A DNA stretch of 63,873 nt, filler included. It is 8 parts of 8 records of this genome, joined end to end, with 100 filler letters (N's around TTAATTAATTAA, not from the genome) between each part and the next. Parts side by side here need not be neighbours in the genome. Positions count along the whole stretch, not along the records: positions 35,616 to 48,384 come from SRR31156797_98485; positions 48,485 to 58,363 come from SRR31156797_98534; 6 more parts are not named here. The stretch is one strand, 5' to 3'. The notes below the pieces were generated by a model. The model was not told the DNA's origin. It ran no database searches and was given only the letters and a program-made list of their open reading frames with translations. The position numbers and the translations under genes are program-made. Below, piece after piece: positions 40,769-51,091 of this stretch; the stretch's first letter is position 1, and every line of letters begins with the position of its first letter.

Positions 40769-42385
40769 TTATTTGCCGGTTTGGCGCCATTCGCGGGAAA
40801 CCGGGAGACCTCCCGCCAGCAGAACCACCAATACAACGATGGTTAGATTGCCGAAACGGGCGTAGGGCGTCGGGCTTGCGGCCACCGGCAAGGCGCTGTC
40901 GACGGTGCCGGCCCGGCCGAGTTCAATCCGCGCCCGCGTCCGACCCTGCGAATCGAAAACACCGGATATCCCCGTCGTCGCCACCCGCACCAGCGGCAAT
41001 CCCTCTTCGACGGCCCGCATCCGGGCCGCCGCCAGATGCTGGTAAGGCCCGGCCGAGCGCCCGTACCAGGCGTCGTTGGTCAAATTGATCATCCAGGCCG
41101 GGCGGTCGTCGCGGCGAACCACATGGCCGGGAAAAATCACCTCGTAGCAGATCAGCGGGCTGAACGGCGGCAGGCCTTCCAGAGACATCGACACCGGGCC
41201 GCCGCCGGCGGTGAAATCCTGCCGCCCTTCGGTCACCTTCGGGATCGTCAGCCAGGGCCGCAGGGGCACATATTCGCCGAACGGAATCAGATGCGACTTG
41301 TCGTAGGTGCCGACGACCCGGCCCGCGCGGTCGACCGCCTGCAGGCTGTTCCAGACCCGGTACGGTTTTTCGCCGGCCGGCGTCGCGCGCGGCGCGCCGC
41401 TTATGACCAGCCCGCCGGGCGGCGCCGCTTGCGCGAAAAAGGCGCGCCGGGAAGCGTCGCGGCCGATGAAAAAAGTCGCCGCCGTTTCCGGCCAGATGAC
41501 GTGGGTCGGCGCCGGCCCGCCGTCATCGGCGCGGCTCATGGCAACCTGCATGGCCAGGTGCCGATCTCGGAATTCCAGTTTCCATTTGGTTTTCTGTTCG
41601 ATATTCGGCTGCACCAGGCGCAGGCGCACGCCCGGGACTTCGTCATACGCCGCCGCCGCAAGCCTGATTTCGCCGCCCAGCCACAGCCCGCCCAGCAGAA
41701 CCGCGGCGGCCACCACCCCGGCAAGGCCGCGGCGCCGTCCCAGCGAAGCATCGCCCAACCCGGCCGGGGCGGCGGCAATGGCGACGCTCAGCATGCCCAG
41801 CCCATAGGTGCCGAAAAGCGCCGCCGGCTGCATCATGGCATCGGAAAAGGCCCATACCGTCCCCATCAGGTTCCACGGAAAGCCGGTCAGAAACCAGCTC
41901 CGCACCCACTCGGCGGCGGTCCAGACGATCGCCAGCGCCAGCGCCCGGGTCAAGGCGGTGCCGGGTACGAACCGAACGGCAACGGCGACGATTGCCGGGA
42001 ACAGGGCAAACCCGCCGGCCATCAGGAAAACCGCGAACGGAATCATCCAGGCGTGCTTTTCGGGTTCGACCAGAAAGGCGGCGGAGACCCAATAGAGCCC
42101 GGCGGCGAAAAATCCGACCCCGTACCACCAGCCGACGGCAAAGGCGCCGCGCCAGCCGGACCTGCCCTCGGTCATCCAGAGCCAGCCGACGAACGAAGGA
42201 ACCAGCAGGAAAATCAGATGAACCGGCGGCATCGCGGCGGCCGCCATCGCTCCGAACAGAACCGCGGTACCGCGTCCCTTCCAGCCGCCAAGGCCGCCCA
42301 GCGCCGCCCGCCACACAACCGGCCGACGCCGCCAGCCGTCGCCGGTTTCGCCGATGGCGAGATCGCCGGGATAGGGCCTATCCAC
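40769..42385 (-). CDS. lnt: Apolipoprotein N-acyltransferase
   Basis: GFPWN, WPET, YDKSHLIPFGEY, ICYE, TNDAW. Confidence 0.95.
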   Translation of the reverse strand: MDRPYPGDLAIGETGDGWRRRPVVWRAALGGLGGWKGRGTAVLFGAMAAAAMPPVHLIFLLVPSFVGWLWMTEGRSGWRGAFAVGWWYGVGFFAAGLYWVSAAFLVEPEKHAWMIPFAVFLMAGGFALFPAIVAVAVRFVPGTALTRALALAIVWTAAEWVRSWFLTGFPWNLMGTVWAFSDAMMQPAALFGTYGLGMLSVAIAAAPAGLGDASLGRRRGLAGVVAAAVLLGGLWLGGEIRLAAAAYDEVPGVRLRLVQPNIEQKTKWKLEFRDRHLAMQVAMSRADDGGPAPTHVIWPETAATFFIGRDASRRAFFAQAAPPGGLVISGAPRATPAGEKPYRVWNSLQAVDRAGRVVGTYDKSHLIPFGEYVPLRPWLTIPKVTEGRQDFTAGGGPVSMSLEGLPPFSPLICYEVIFPGHVVRRDDRPAWMINLTNDAWYGRSAGPYQHLAAARMRAVEEGLPLVRVATTGISGVFDSQGRTRARIELGRAGTVDSALPVAASPTPYARFGNLTIVVLVVLLAGGLPVSREWRQTGK

Positions 42386-42389
42386 GGCC

Positions 42390-43295
42390 CTATCCGGCTG
42401 TTTCCGAGGATTTCGGCCGGCGCACGCGCAGCCTCTTGATGCGCCTGGGATCGGCCTCCATGACCTCGAACTCGATGCCGGACGGATGGCCGATCAACTC
42501 GCCGCGGATGGGAACGCATCCGGCCAGGGCGAAGACCAGGCCGCCGAGTGTGTCGATTTCCTCGCGCTCCTGCTCGCTGACGAATTCGCCGATGATCTCT
42601 TCCAGATCTCCGATCGAAACCCGGGCCTCGGCCGCCAGGGTTCCGTCCGGCCGTTCGAAAAGGTCCGGTTCGTCGTGGGTGTCGTGTTCGTCCTCGATCT
42701 CGCCGACGATCTCCTCGACCAGGTCCTCAATGGTCAGCAGCCCGTCGATGCCGCCGAATTCGTCGACCACCAGGGCCATGTGGCAGCGTTTGACCCGCAT
42801 CTCCAGAAGCAGGTCCGGGACCCGCATGAACGGCGACACGAACAGCACCGGGCGGACGATTGCCTTCAGCTCGAACTGCTCCTCGCGCCCATGCCAGGCC
42901 AGCACGTCCTTGATGTGGACCATGCCGCGGGCATCGTCGAGGGTTTCGCTGAACACCGGAATGCGCGAATGGCCCTCGCGGATCATCAGGCGGATCAGGG
43001 TATCCAGGTTGGTATCGATGTCGACGCCGAATATGTCGGCCCGCGGCACCATGACGTCACGCACATCGCGGTCGCGCAGGTCCAGGATATTCGCCAGCAA
43101 CCGCCGTTCGTCGTCGTTTATCGGAACCTCGGCCTCTTCGCGTTCCTCGATCAATTCCTCGAGGGTGTCGCGGGCCGTATCGGTCCCGTTGAGGCGGCGC
43201 AGGCGGCGAAACCATCCACGCCAGCCGGGAGAATGAGGTGGGGTTTGCGGGGGCCCGGCATCGCCGGGCGGTCGACTGCAGGAGTCGTCGGTCAT
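42390..43295 (-). CDS. corC: CBS/CorC Mg-Co efflux family protein
   Basis: VMVPR, HSRIPV, DEFGGIDGLLTIEDLVEEIVGEI; no TM domain. Confidence 0.9.
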   Translation of the reverse strand: MTDDSCSRPPGDAGPPQTPPHSPGWRGWFRRLRRLNGTDTARDTLEELIEEREEAEVPINDDERRLLANILDLRDRDVRDVMVPRADIFGVDIDTNLDTLIRLMIREGHSRIPVFSETLDDARGMVHIKDVLAWHGREEQFELKAIVRPVLFVSPFMRVPDLLLEMRVKRCHMALVVDEFGGIDGLLTIEDLVEEIVGEIEDEHDTHDEPDLFERPDGTLAAEARVSIGDLEEIIGEFVSEQEREEIDTLGGLVFALAGCVPIRGELIGHPSGIEFEVMEADPRRIKRLRVRRPKSSETAG

Positions 43296-43299
43296 CGTT

Positions 43300-43824
43300 T
43301 CAAATCATTCCTTCCGGATCCGCGGCATAGGGATCGTCGATCCCCAGTTGCCCGAGTATCCGGACTTCCAATCCTTCCATCCGCGTCGCCTGCGCGTCGG
43401 TCTGGTGATCATAGCCGAGCAGATGAAGCATACCATGGACAATCAAATGACAAAAATGATCGGCCAAAACCTTGCCCGATTGCGCCGACTCGGCAGCCGT
43501 CGTCTCGAAGGCGACGATCAAATCGCCGAGCAGCACCGGCGCCGCGGCGCCGACGCCGGTGTCGCCCGTGCCGTCCATGCCGGCGAACGACAGAACGTTG
43601 GTCGCCTTGTCCTGGCCGCGATAATCGCGATTGAGCCTGCGGACCAGGGCATCGTCGGCCAGAACCAGGCTGGCCTCAGCCCCGTCCGGCACCGGCGCGC
43701 CGTCGTCCGCGGCGAAACGAACGGCGGTCAGTGCCGCCTTCGTTGCAATCGCGGAAGCGTCCGGCAAGGCATCGAGCCAAGCCGCGGTTTCCAAGGAAAC
43801 GTCTATCTCAATCGCTTTCGACAT
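43300..43824 (-). CDS. ybeY: rRNA maturation RNase YbeY
   Basis: LNRDYRGQDKATNVLSF, HGMLHLLGYDH. Confidence 0.96.
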   Translation of the reverse strand: MSKAIEIDVSLETAAWLDALPDASAIATKAALTAVRFAADDGAPVPDGAEASLVLADDALVRRLNRDYRGQDKATNVLSFAGMDGTGDTGVGAAAPVLLGDLIVAFETTAAESAQSGKVLADHFCHLIVHGMLHLLGYDHQTDAQATRMEGLEVRILGQLGIDDPYAADPEGMI

Positions 43825-43842
43825 GGTTCCGTCAATCGGGGA

Positions 43843-44859
43843 TCAGTCGTCACCCTGCTCGTAGCGGGCGGCCGAACGCCGTTTTTCCTCGATCTTCTCA
43901 TAAGCCTTGACCATGCGGGCCACCAGCGTATGGCGGACGACATCGGTCTCGTCGAACCGGATGAAGGCGACGCCCTCGATCCCGTCGAGAACCTCGACGG
44001 CGTCGCGCAGCCCCGATCGGGTCCCGCGCGGCAGGTCGACCTGGGTCAAATCGCCGGTCACCACCATGCGCGAATTTTCGCCCAGCCGGGTCAGGATCAT
44101 CTTCATCTGGACTGCCGTCGTATTCTGCGCCTCGTCGAGAATGACGAAGGAATTGGCCAGCGTCCGGCCGCGCATGAAGGCCAGGGGCGCGACCTCGATC
44201 TCGCCGCTCTCCATGCGTTTGGCAACCTGATTTCCGGGCAGCATGTCGTGCAGCGCGTCATACAGCGGCCGCAAATACGGATCGACCTTTTCCTTCAGGT
44301 CGCCAGGCAGGAAACCGAGTTGCTCGCCGGCCTCCAGCGCCGGCCGGGACAGGATGATGCGGTCGACCTCGCCCGAAATCAGCCGTTCGACAGCCTTGGC
44401 GACGGCCAGATAGGTCTTGCCGGTGCCGGCCGGCCCAAGGCCGAAAACCAGTTCGAAATCGTCGATCGCCCGGACATAGTCGGCCTGCGACGCCGAACGC
44501 GGCGAGATATGCCGTTTGCGGGTCCGGATGACGACCTCGTCTTCGCTGCGGATCCGGCCGCCATTGCCGCGGGCCAGACGGATCGCCGCGTCGACGTCCT
44601 CGCGGCCGACCTCGAGCTTCCGTTCGAGGCGCCGATAAAGGCTGTTCAGCGCCGCGCAGGCGGCCTCGACCGTATCGGCCGGACCGACCACCGACAATTC
44701 GTTGCCGCGGGCATTGATGGAAACGTCGAGCTGCTGTTCGATTCGGGCCAGATGGCTGCTGTGCGAACCGAAAAGGTCGATCAGCAACGCATTGTCGCCG
44801 AATTCCAGGCGCTCTGTCGTTTTCTTTGTGGTTCCGGCGGCAGCGGCTTTTGGATTCAC
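43843..44859 (-). CDS. phoH: PhoH family ATPase
   Basis: [30 protein letters not shown]. Confidence 0.95.
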   Translation of the reverse strand: MNPKAAAAGTTKKTTERLEFGDNALLIDLFGSHSSHLARIEQQLDVSINARGNELSVVGPADTVEAACAALNSLYRRLERKLEVGREDVDAAIRLARGNGGRIRSEDEVVIRTRKRHISPRSASQADYVRAIDDFELVFGLGPAGTGKTYLAVAKAVERLISGEVDRIILSRPALEAGEQLGFLPGDLKEKVDPYLRPLYDALHDMLPGNQVAKRMESGEIEVAPLAFMRGRTLANSFVILDEAQNTTAVQMKMILTRLGENSRMVVTGDLTQVDLPRGTRSGLRDAVEVLDGIEGVAFIRFDETDVVRHTLVARMVKAYEKIEEKRRSAARYEQGDD

Positions 44860-46220
44860 GCCTGCCCTCCTATGCTTCCGGCGCCGCCATCGGCGGCGAT
44901 TCCGGCCAGGCTGTTGGCATATCCGGCCTCGATGCGAAGATCGGCGATGGTCCCGAAGAAACTGTCCGGCGCGCTGACGTGGACCGGCTGCATATAGGGA
45001 CTGCGGCCGACCATCTGTCCCGGATGCTTGCCGGCGCGATCGAGCAGAACCGGCAGAACCCGGCCGACGCAGGAGCGGTTGAATGCAAGCTGTTGCGCGT
45101 TCAGCAGGTCCTGGAGGGCGGCCAGGCGTTCGGTCTTGATGGCATCGGGCAGTTGCGCCGCCAGGCCGGCCGCCGGCGTTCCCGGCCGCGGGCTGTATTT
45201 GAACGAGTAGGCCTGGACGAAACCGATCTCGCGAACCAGGTCGAGGGTCGCCTCGAAATCGTCGTCGGTCTCGTCCGGAAAACCGACGATGAAATCCGAC
45301 GACAGCGCCAAGTCGGCCCGGGCGCCACGCAGTTTTTCGGTCAGGCGCTTGAAATCGTCGCTGTTGTGGCGCCGGTTCATCGCCGCCAGGACCCGGTCCG
45401 AACCGGATTGCACCGGCAGATGCAGAAACGGCATCAACTGCGGCACTTCGCCGTGGGCGGCGATCAGATCGTCGGTCATGTCGGCCGGATAGGACGTGGT
45501 GTAGCGGATACGCTCGAGGCGATCGATTTCAGCCACCTCGCGGATCAGCCGGCCCAATCCCCATTCGCCGCCGTCCGCCGCCGTGCCGTGATAATTGTTG
45601 ACGTTCTGGCCCAATAACGTGATTTCCCTGGCCCCGGCGTCGACCAGCCCGCGGGCCTCGGCGATAACGTCCGCCACCGGCCGCGAATATTCGGAACCGC
45701 GGGTATAGGGCACGACACAGAAAGCGCAGAACTTGTCGCAGCCTTCCTGAACCGTCAGGAAAGCGGCGCTGCCGTCGGTCTTCACATTGCCGGGCAGCGC
45801 ATCGAATTTCGATTGCGACGGAAACTCGGTATCGAGCACGGCACCGGCGGAACGGCTCGCCCGGGCCACCATTTCGGGCAACCGGTGGTAGGCCTGGGGG
45901 CCGAAAACCATGTCGACATAAGGCGCACGCGCCGTTATTTCGGCGCCTTCCGCCTGCGCGACACAGCCGGCAACGGCCAGGATCATGCGGCCGCCGTCTT
46001 TCTCTTTCGCCTCCTTCAGGTGGCGAAGCCGGCCCAATTCGGAAAACACCTTTTCGGCCGCCTTTTCCCGGATGTGGCAGGTATTGAGAATGACCATGTC
46101 GGCGTCTTCGGCGGCGTCGGCCGGCTCGAATCCCAACGGCGCCAGGACGTCCGCCATCCGCGACGAATCGTAGACGTTCATCTGGCAACCGTATGTCTTG
46201 ATATGCAGCTTCTTGGGCAA
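44856..46220 (-). CDS. miaB: tRNA methylthiotransferase MiaB
   Basis: [15 protein letters not shown] radical SAM motif, C-terminal TRAM domain; likely TTG start at 46220. Confidence 0.95.
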   Translation of the reverse strand: MPKKLHIKTYGCQMNVYDSSRMADVLAPLGFEPADAAEDADMVILNTCHIREKAAEKVFSELGRLRHLKEAKEKDGGRMILAVAGCVAQAEGAEITARAPYVDMVFGPQAYHRLPEMVARASRSAGAVLDTEFPSQSKFDALPGNVKTDGSAAFLTVQEGCDKFCAFCVVPYTRGSEYSRPVADVIAEARGLVDAGAREITLLGQNVNNYHGTAADGGEWGLGRLIREVAEIDRLERIRYTTSYPADMTDDLIAAHGEVPQLMPFLHLPVQSGSDRVLAAMNRRHNSDDFKRLTEKLRGARADLALSSDFIVGFPDETDDDFEATLDLVREIGFVQAYSFKYSPRPGTPAAGLAAQLPDAIKTERLAALQDLLNAQQLAFNRSCVGRVLPVLLDRAGKHPGQMVGRSPYMQPVHVSAPDSFFGTIADLRIEAGYANSLAGIAADGGAGSIGGQA

Positions 46221-46375
46221 GGGGGCTGGAAAACCTCTTGGCGCCCTTACGCGACGCCGGATGTCAACTGTTGCGGGCCCGTTCCGTCGGCGCCGACGGC
46301 GCCTGGACAATTGAGAAATAGCCCGGAACAGACCCTTTTCAAGCGGGGCCGCGTCGGCAATCCGGCAACGCGGTC

Positions 46376-46801
46376 CTACTTTTTGGTCGAACCATGCGGA
46401 ACGCCATACAGTTCGAGCCGGTGGCCGACCAGGGAAAAGCCGTGTTCGGCGGCGATTTTTTCCTTCAGGATCTCAAGCTCGTCGTTCTGGAATTCCATGA
46501 CCCGGCCCGATTGGATATCGATCAGGTGGTCGTGGTGCTCGTCGGTAATTTCTTCGTAGCGCGACCGGCCGTCCCCGAAATCATGCCTCTCCAGGATGTT
46601 GGCCTCCTCGAACAGGCGAACCGTGCGATACACCGTGGCAATGCTGATGCGCGGATCGATCTGGGTTGACCGGCGATAGACCTCCTCGACGTCGGGGTGG
46701 TCTTCCGCGTCCGACAGGACACCGGCGATGACCCGGCGCTGGCCGGTCATCTTCATTCCCTTTTCGATGCAAAGCCGTTCAATTCGCGATGGTGATGCCA
46801 T
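46376..46801 (-). CDS. fur: Fur family regulator
   Basis: [25 protein letters not shown]. Confidence 0.92.
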   Translation of the reverse strand: MASPSRIERLCIEKGMKMTGQRRVIAGVLSDAEDHPDVEEVYRRSTQIDPRISIATVYRTVRLFEEANILERHDFGDGRSRYEEITDEHHDHLIDIQSGRVMEFQNDELEILKEKIAAEHGFSLVGHRLELYGVPHGSTKK

Positions 46802-46903
46802 TGAGTGAGTACCTTGTCGAGGCTAGATGGGGCGGAAAGGGTATTACATTGCCCGGCGCGACGCCACCCCGGACCGAGGTGGGCCACCGCCGAATCCCGA
46901 TAA

Positions 46904-47317
46904 TTACTTGCGGCCCTTTCGGGGCTTGGTTCCAAGGCCGATTTCCTTGGCCAGCGAACTGCGATGCTTGGCGTAATTCGGCGCCACCATCGGATAGTCG
47001 GCGGGCAATCCCCATTTTTCCCGGTATTCTTCTGGTGTCATATTATAAGCGGTCATCAGATGCCGCTTCAGCATCTTCAATTTCTTACCGTTTTCAAGAC
47101 AAATGATGTAATCGGGAAAAACAGATTTCTTGATCGGCACCGCCGGAGTCAATTGCTCTGGATCAGGCGAAGAATCCCCCAAAGTCCTGAGGGTTTTATA
47201 CACATCCTCGATTAACGAGGGCAAATCGCTTACCGGAAGGGTATTGTTTCCAACGTGGGCAACAACAATCTCCGCAGTAAGTTCAAGCAACTCATCCGCT
47301 GAAGGTTTTTCTGACAT
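46904..47317 (-). CDS. mucR: Ros/MucR family regulator
   Basis: PAVPIKKSV, ICLENGKKLKMLKRHL, YREKWGLPADYPMVAPNYA. Confidence 0.94.
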   Translation of the reverse strand: MSEKPSADELLELTAEIVVAHVGNNTLPVSDLPSLIEDVYKTLRTLGDSSPDPEQLTPAVPIKKSVFPDYIICLENGKKLKMLKRHLMTAYNMTPEEYREKWGLPADYPMVAPNYAKHRSSLAKEIGLGTKPRKGRK

Positions 47318-47391
47318 TCGGTTTTCTTCCCTTAAATACTGGCTTGTGACTATATATAAAATAATGATTCACCAAGAGGCAACAATTTAGG

Positions 47392-47679
47392 ATGCATAAT
47401 ACAAAAAAACTAAAGAACGAACAAACTGCCGATGTTCAATTGGACATTACCGATCAGATCTGTCCGCTGACCTTCGTCCGCACCAAGCTGATGATCGAAC
47501 GCATGGCGCCCGGTCAGATCGCCGAGGTCCGCCTGAAGGGGGCCGAACCGCTGGAAAACGTCCCGCGGTCGGTGCGCCAGATCGGCCATTCGGTGCTCAG
47601 CCTCGAAGCCGAGGATCCGGCCGCCGATACCGGCGTTCATATCCTGCGCATCCGCAAGGAAGCGGTGCCGACGGCCTAA
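47392..47679 (+). CDS. tusA: TusA/SirA sulfur carrier family protein
   Basis: LDIT..ICPLTFVRTK, ENVPRS. Confidence 0.82.
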   Translation: MHNTKKLKNEQTADVQLDITDQICPLTFVRTKLMIERMAPGQIAEVRLKGAEPLENVPRSVRQIGHSVLSLEAEDPAADTGVHILRIRKEAVPTA

Positions 47680-48158
47680 GCGTCCTCGCCGACCAGTTCA
47701 AGACGCAGAACCAGCGCATCCTCGGGCCGCGAACCGGCATTGCGGTAATAGGCGGGGCGCTGGCCGATCGCAACGAAGGCGCGCGATTCATAAAGCCGCC
47801 TTGCGCCCCGATTGCCGGCGGCGACCTCGAGGAACATCTCCGAAATGCCCTGGCGCCGGGCGTAGCCGACGGCGGCGTCCAAAAGGCGCCCGCCGATGCC
47901 GCGGCGCCTGGCCGGCGGCGCCACGCCGATGGTCAGGATCTCGCATTCCTGCGCTGCCGCCCGGCACAGCACGAAACCCGCCGGTTGATCCTTCACAAGA
48001 GCCATGAAGCCGAAGGTTCCGGCCGTCGCCAGCAGGGTGGCGAACGCCGCGTCGTCCCAGGAATCGGCCATGAATTCGGCGTGCAGGCGGGCAACGATGG
48101 CGACATGCATCATGCCGCAGGGCTCGATCGTGACGATTTCGGCGGGGGTTCCATTCAT
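47676..48158 (-). CDS. rimI: RimI-like GNAT acetyltransferase
   Basis: EILTIGV, RRRGIG, LEVA..N..A..LY, RPAYY; follows tsaB. Confidence 0.85.
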   Translation of the reverse strand: MNGTPAEIVTIEPCGMMHVAIVARLHAEFMADSWDDAAFATLLATAGTFGFMALVKDQPAGFVLCRAAAQECEILTIGVAPPARRRGIGGRLLDAAVGYARRQGISEMFLEVAAGNRGARRLYESRAFVAIGQRPAYYRNAGSRPEDALVLRLELVGEDA

Positions 48159-48176
48159 CGCTTCGGACCGGTCAAA

Positions 48177-48383
48177 CTAAGGACGCAATCGTCCGCTGTT
48201 CGGCGACAGGGTGACGTCGGGCGGCCGCAGATAAAGCGGTTGCGGCACGCCGGCGTCGGCTCCGGCGTCGCGGCGCGCATTGGCGATGGCGGCGATCAGG
48301 GCGGCATCGGCAGCGCCGGGTGCGGCGCTCGTCCGCGCCTCGACGCCGGCGTCGCAAAGAAGCCCGGCAACGGTTTCGGCGAC
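48177..48383 (-). CDS. tsaB: TsaB, C-terminal fragment
   Basis: Manual translation gives ...PQPLYLRPPDVTL...stop; upstream of rimI. Confidence 0.8.
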   Translation of the reverse strand, partial: VAETVAGLLCDAGVEARTSAAPGAADAALIAAIANARRDAGADAGVPQPLYLRPPDVTLSPNSGRLRP

Positions 48384-48384
48384 G

Positions 48385-48484
48385 NNNNNNNNNNNNNNNN
48401 NNNNNNNNNNNNNNNNNNNNNNNNNNNNTTAATTAATTAANNNNNNNNNNNNNNNNNNNNNNNNNNNNNNNNNNNNNNNNNNNN
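48385..48484. other. Artificial contig linker
   Basis: N44-TTAATTAATTAA-N44. Confidence 0.99.
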
Positions 48485-48521
48485 TATGAGCCGGTGGCTC
48501 TGCCAACTGAGCTACTGGCCC
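48485..48521 (-). tRNA. 5' half of a tRNA with CAT anticodon (probably tRNA-Ile2)
   Basis: GGGCCAG TA GCTC AGTTGGCA GAGC C ACCGG CT CAT A: acceptor 5' strand, D arm, anticodon arm; truncated by the linker. Confidence 0.85.
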
Positions 48522-48536
48522 GTTGTCGAGTCCGGG

Positions 48537-48565
48537 AAGATAGACGTACCAAGAACGATTGTCAA
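48537..48565 (-). promoter_or_regulatory. sigma70 promoter of the tRNA
   Basis: TTGACA-17-TATCTT followed by a GC-rich discriminator (CCCGGAC). Confidence 0.75.
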
Positions 48566-48668
48566 GCCGGTCTGTTTTTAACATCGGCAAATTGTTCAGC
48601 TGTGAATTCTTGATTTTTATGAAAGCTCTCGTATCTCACGAAGCGACCTGAAGCGTTGAAGATTTTCT

Positions 48669-50030
48669 CTACTGTGTCTTTTCGACCTGCCGGATCACTT
48701 TCATTGCGTACCATGATGCGATGGCGGCGGATATCCAGACGATGGCAAGGATGGAAAGCCAGAGCGAGATTGTGCCGTAGCCGAGGACAGAGGTGAACAG
48801 GGTGAAGAGCGCAAATGGCGCGACTACCTGTCGAGCAAGGCCCATCCAAATGGCGAAAAGCGGTCGTTTCATGCCTTGAAGGGTGGAGGTTGCCACGAAA
48901 ATGATCACGTATCCGTATAAGGTGAACGCATCAATACGCAAATATTCCGCGCCAATGGAAATGACTGCGGGGTCAGAGGTGAAGAATCGCATGAGCGGTT
49001 CGGCCAACAAAAAAATAGGTACTGAAAGTGGGAGGAGCATAATAGCCCCATACTTGAGATTCTTGCGTACGGATTCGCGGATACGGTCAATGCGGTTTGC
49101 TCCGTAGTTTTGCGCGGTGACTGTCAGGGCAGCGACACTCAGGCCAATGGATGGCAGAAGGACAATCTGGTCGATGCGGGTGGCGATGCCATAGGCCGCT
49201 GCTGCTTCCGGTCCGAAACCGGAAACAAATTTGAAGATAACGAAAAATCCGAGGGCGATAGTCATGGAGTTAAGCGCTGCTGGAAATCCCTGTCGTGCGA
49301 TGTCGGCGTAGAGAGTGGGGTGCGGAATGAGGTTTTTGCCCGCGTTGGTGACAACCAGTCCTGTTTGACGTGCTCTATATCCAAGATAAATGGCTCCGAA
49401 AGCCTGAATGATGACCGTTGACCACGCCACGCCTTGAAGCCCCATGGCAGGGAGGCCGAAACCTCCATAGATGAACCATGGATCAAGGGCTATGTTCAAT
49501 GTTGCGCCAAAGATGAGGACGTTGCGAAAACTTTTGGTGTCGCCTTGAGATTGGAGGATGGCGTTAAAGAGGAAAATCGCCACCGTAGCGACGTTGCAGG
49601 CGAAAATCGGGTTCATGTAGGCTAGACAAGTCTCAAGGTAATGTCCTTCGGCTCCTAGCCAGCCGAAAATGGACGGTGAGAATGTCAGGCCGAACCAGGC
49701 CAGAAAAATGGAGACGAAAATGCCGAAACTGAGCATTTGTACGGCAATGAAAGCGGCCTGCTTGCGATCTTTGGCTCCGAGAGCTGCCCCCATGAGAGCG
49801 GTGGAGCCTGTGCCGATGCCACTGGCAAGCGCGGTGATGATGAAGTAGACGGGTAGAGAGAGGGCCAGAGCCGCTACGGCTTGCGTGTCAATGCGTCCGG
49901 CCCACCATGTGTCGACAACGTTGAACATGGTGTTGAAAAAAAAGCCCACCGAAGCGGGAACCGCGACCTGTCGGATAACTGCGGAAATCGGGCGTGATGT
50001 GAGGTCTGTAGTGTCTGTGGTTTGTGTCAT
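48669..50030 (-). CDS. MATE family efflux transporter
   Basis: About 12 TM; VVDTWWAG, GDTK, NIALDPWFI, AQNYGA. Confidence 0.93.
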   Translation of the reverse strand: MTQTTDTTDLTSRPISAVIRQVAVPASVGFFFNTMFNVVDTWWAGRIDTQAVAALALSLPVYFIITALASGIGTGSTALMGAALGAKDRKQAAFIAVQMLSFGIFVSIFLAWFGLTFSPSIFGWLGAEGHYLETCLAYMNPIFACNVATVAIFLFNAILQSQGDTKSFRNVLIFGATLNIALDPWFIYGGFGLPAMGLQGVAWSTVIIQAFGAIYLGYRARQTGLVVTNAGKNLIPHPTLYADIARQGFPAALNSMTIALGFFVIFKFVSGFGPEAAAAYGIATRIDQIVLLPSIGLSVAALTVTAQNYGANRIDRIRESVRKNLKYGAIMLLPLSVPIFLLAEPLMRFFTSDPAVISIGAEYLRIDAFTLYGYVIIFVATSTLQGMKRPLFAIWMGLARQVVAPFALFTLFTSVLGYGTISLWLSILAIVWISAAIASWYAMKVIRQVEKTQ

Positions 50031-50077
50031 TGATTTTGTATAACAGATAATGAGGTCGAAACCGACCCCTCTGATAA

Positions 50078-50992
50078 TTACATGGTTATGTTTGCCTGAG
50101 GCGCACCTGCATCATCGGCATAGGCAAAGGCCATGCGCGGTGTATTGTGGGCAAATCCGTATTGGCCGTCCGGGGAAAGCATGATGACTCCGCCGTATCC
50201 GTGTCCTCGATTTTTGAGCACTTCCATGGAAAGAGCGGCTGCAGTCATTGGTGCGTCTGTGCGCAGAAAGTCGCAGGCAGTTTTGCAAAGCATGACCCGG
50301 AGAATGGATTCGCCGTACCCTGTGGAAGAGGCCGCGCCGAGTTCGTTGTCCGCATAACCGCCGGACCCGATGATAGGGGAATCTCCCACGCGGCCAGGAT
50401 GTTTGCGCGGGGTTCCGCCCGTGGAAGTGGCGCAGGCCAAGTTGCCATTTTTATCCATGGCAACGGCTCCGACGGTATCCGAAGGATATTTCCCGCTGAA
50501 AGCATTGATGGGCGCAAAAGATTCGTCATTTTTAATCTGTTCGTAAAAGGCGAGTTCCCGGTCCGTGAGCAACTCGCGAGGGTCGATTTCAGTGAAGCCA
50601 CATTCCTGTGCGTACTGCATGGCGCCAGTTCCGACGAGAATACGAAAATCCTTGGCCGTCATGACCTTGCGTGCCAGAGAAACCGGGTGCAGAAGGTTGG
50701 CAACAGCAGCTACTGCGCCAAAATCCAGTTCCTTGCCATCCATAATGAAAGCGTCGAGTTCAATATCGCCGCATGCGTTGAGGAATGCTCCTCGTCCTGC
50801 GTCGAATGTGGGGTCTGCTTCCAGGATGTTGACGGCTTTTTCCACGGCATCCATAGCGGATATGCCGTCTGCCAACATGGGGTATATCTTGCTGACTGCC
50901 TGGTGTACGCCCGCTACATGGTCGTCGACGAATTCGTCGGGAATGTCCCAGGCTCCGCCGTGAACTATAAGTCTTGGTTGCATTGCATCCAC
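50078..50992 (-). CDS. Isoaspartyl peptidase / L-asparaginase (Ntn hydrolase)
   Basis: VHGGA, DTVGAVA (Thr nucleophile), TSTGG, GRVGDSP, TGYGE. Confidence 0.93.
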   Translation of the reverse strand: MDAMQPRLIVHGGAWDIPDEFVDDHVAGVHQAVSKIYPMLADGISAMDAVEKAVNILEADPTFDAGRGAFLNACGDIELDAFIMDGKELDFGAVAAVANLLHPVSLARKVMTAKDFRILVGTGAMQYAQECGFTEIDPRELLTDRELAFYEQIKNDESFAPINAFSGKYPSDTVGAVAMDKNGNLACATSTGGTPRKHPGRVGDSPIIGSGGYADNELGAASSTGYGESILRVMLCKTACDFLRTDAPMTAAALSMEVLKNRGHGYGGVIMLSPDGQYGFAHNTPRMAFAYADDAGAPQANITM

Positions 50993-51091
50993 CTTTGATT
51001 CTTTATCAAGCCTGGCGAAGTATGCCAGAAGGCATGATGGGAGTATAGCCGATTGTTGACGTGTCAGCGGCCTGTCTATAGGTATTGAACC

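Noticed and set aside
30134-44859. Apparent duplication of the phoH-ybeY-CBS module
   Set aside because: The two copies lie on different fragments from apparently different phyla; this is a widely conserved operon.
46221-46310. Arg-rich N-terminal extension of MiaB, and similar extensions on NusA and TrmB
   Set aside because: Artefacts of choosing the longest ORF; better starts at 46220, 37166 and 38587 match the family N-termini or stop-start overlaps.
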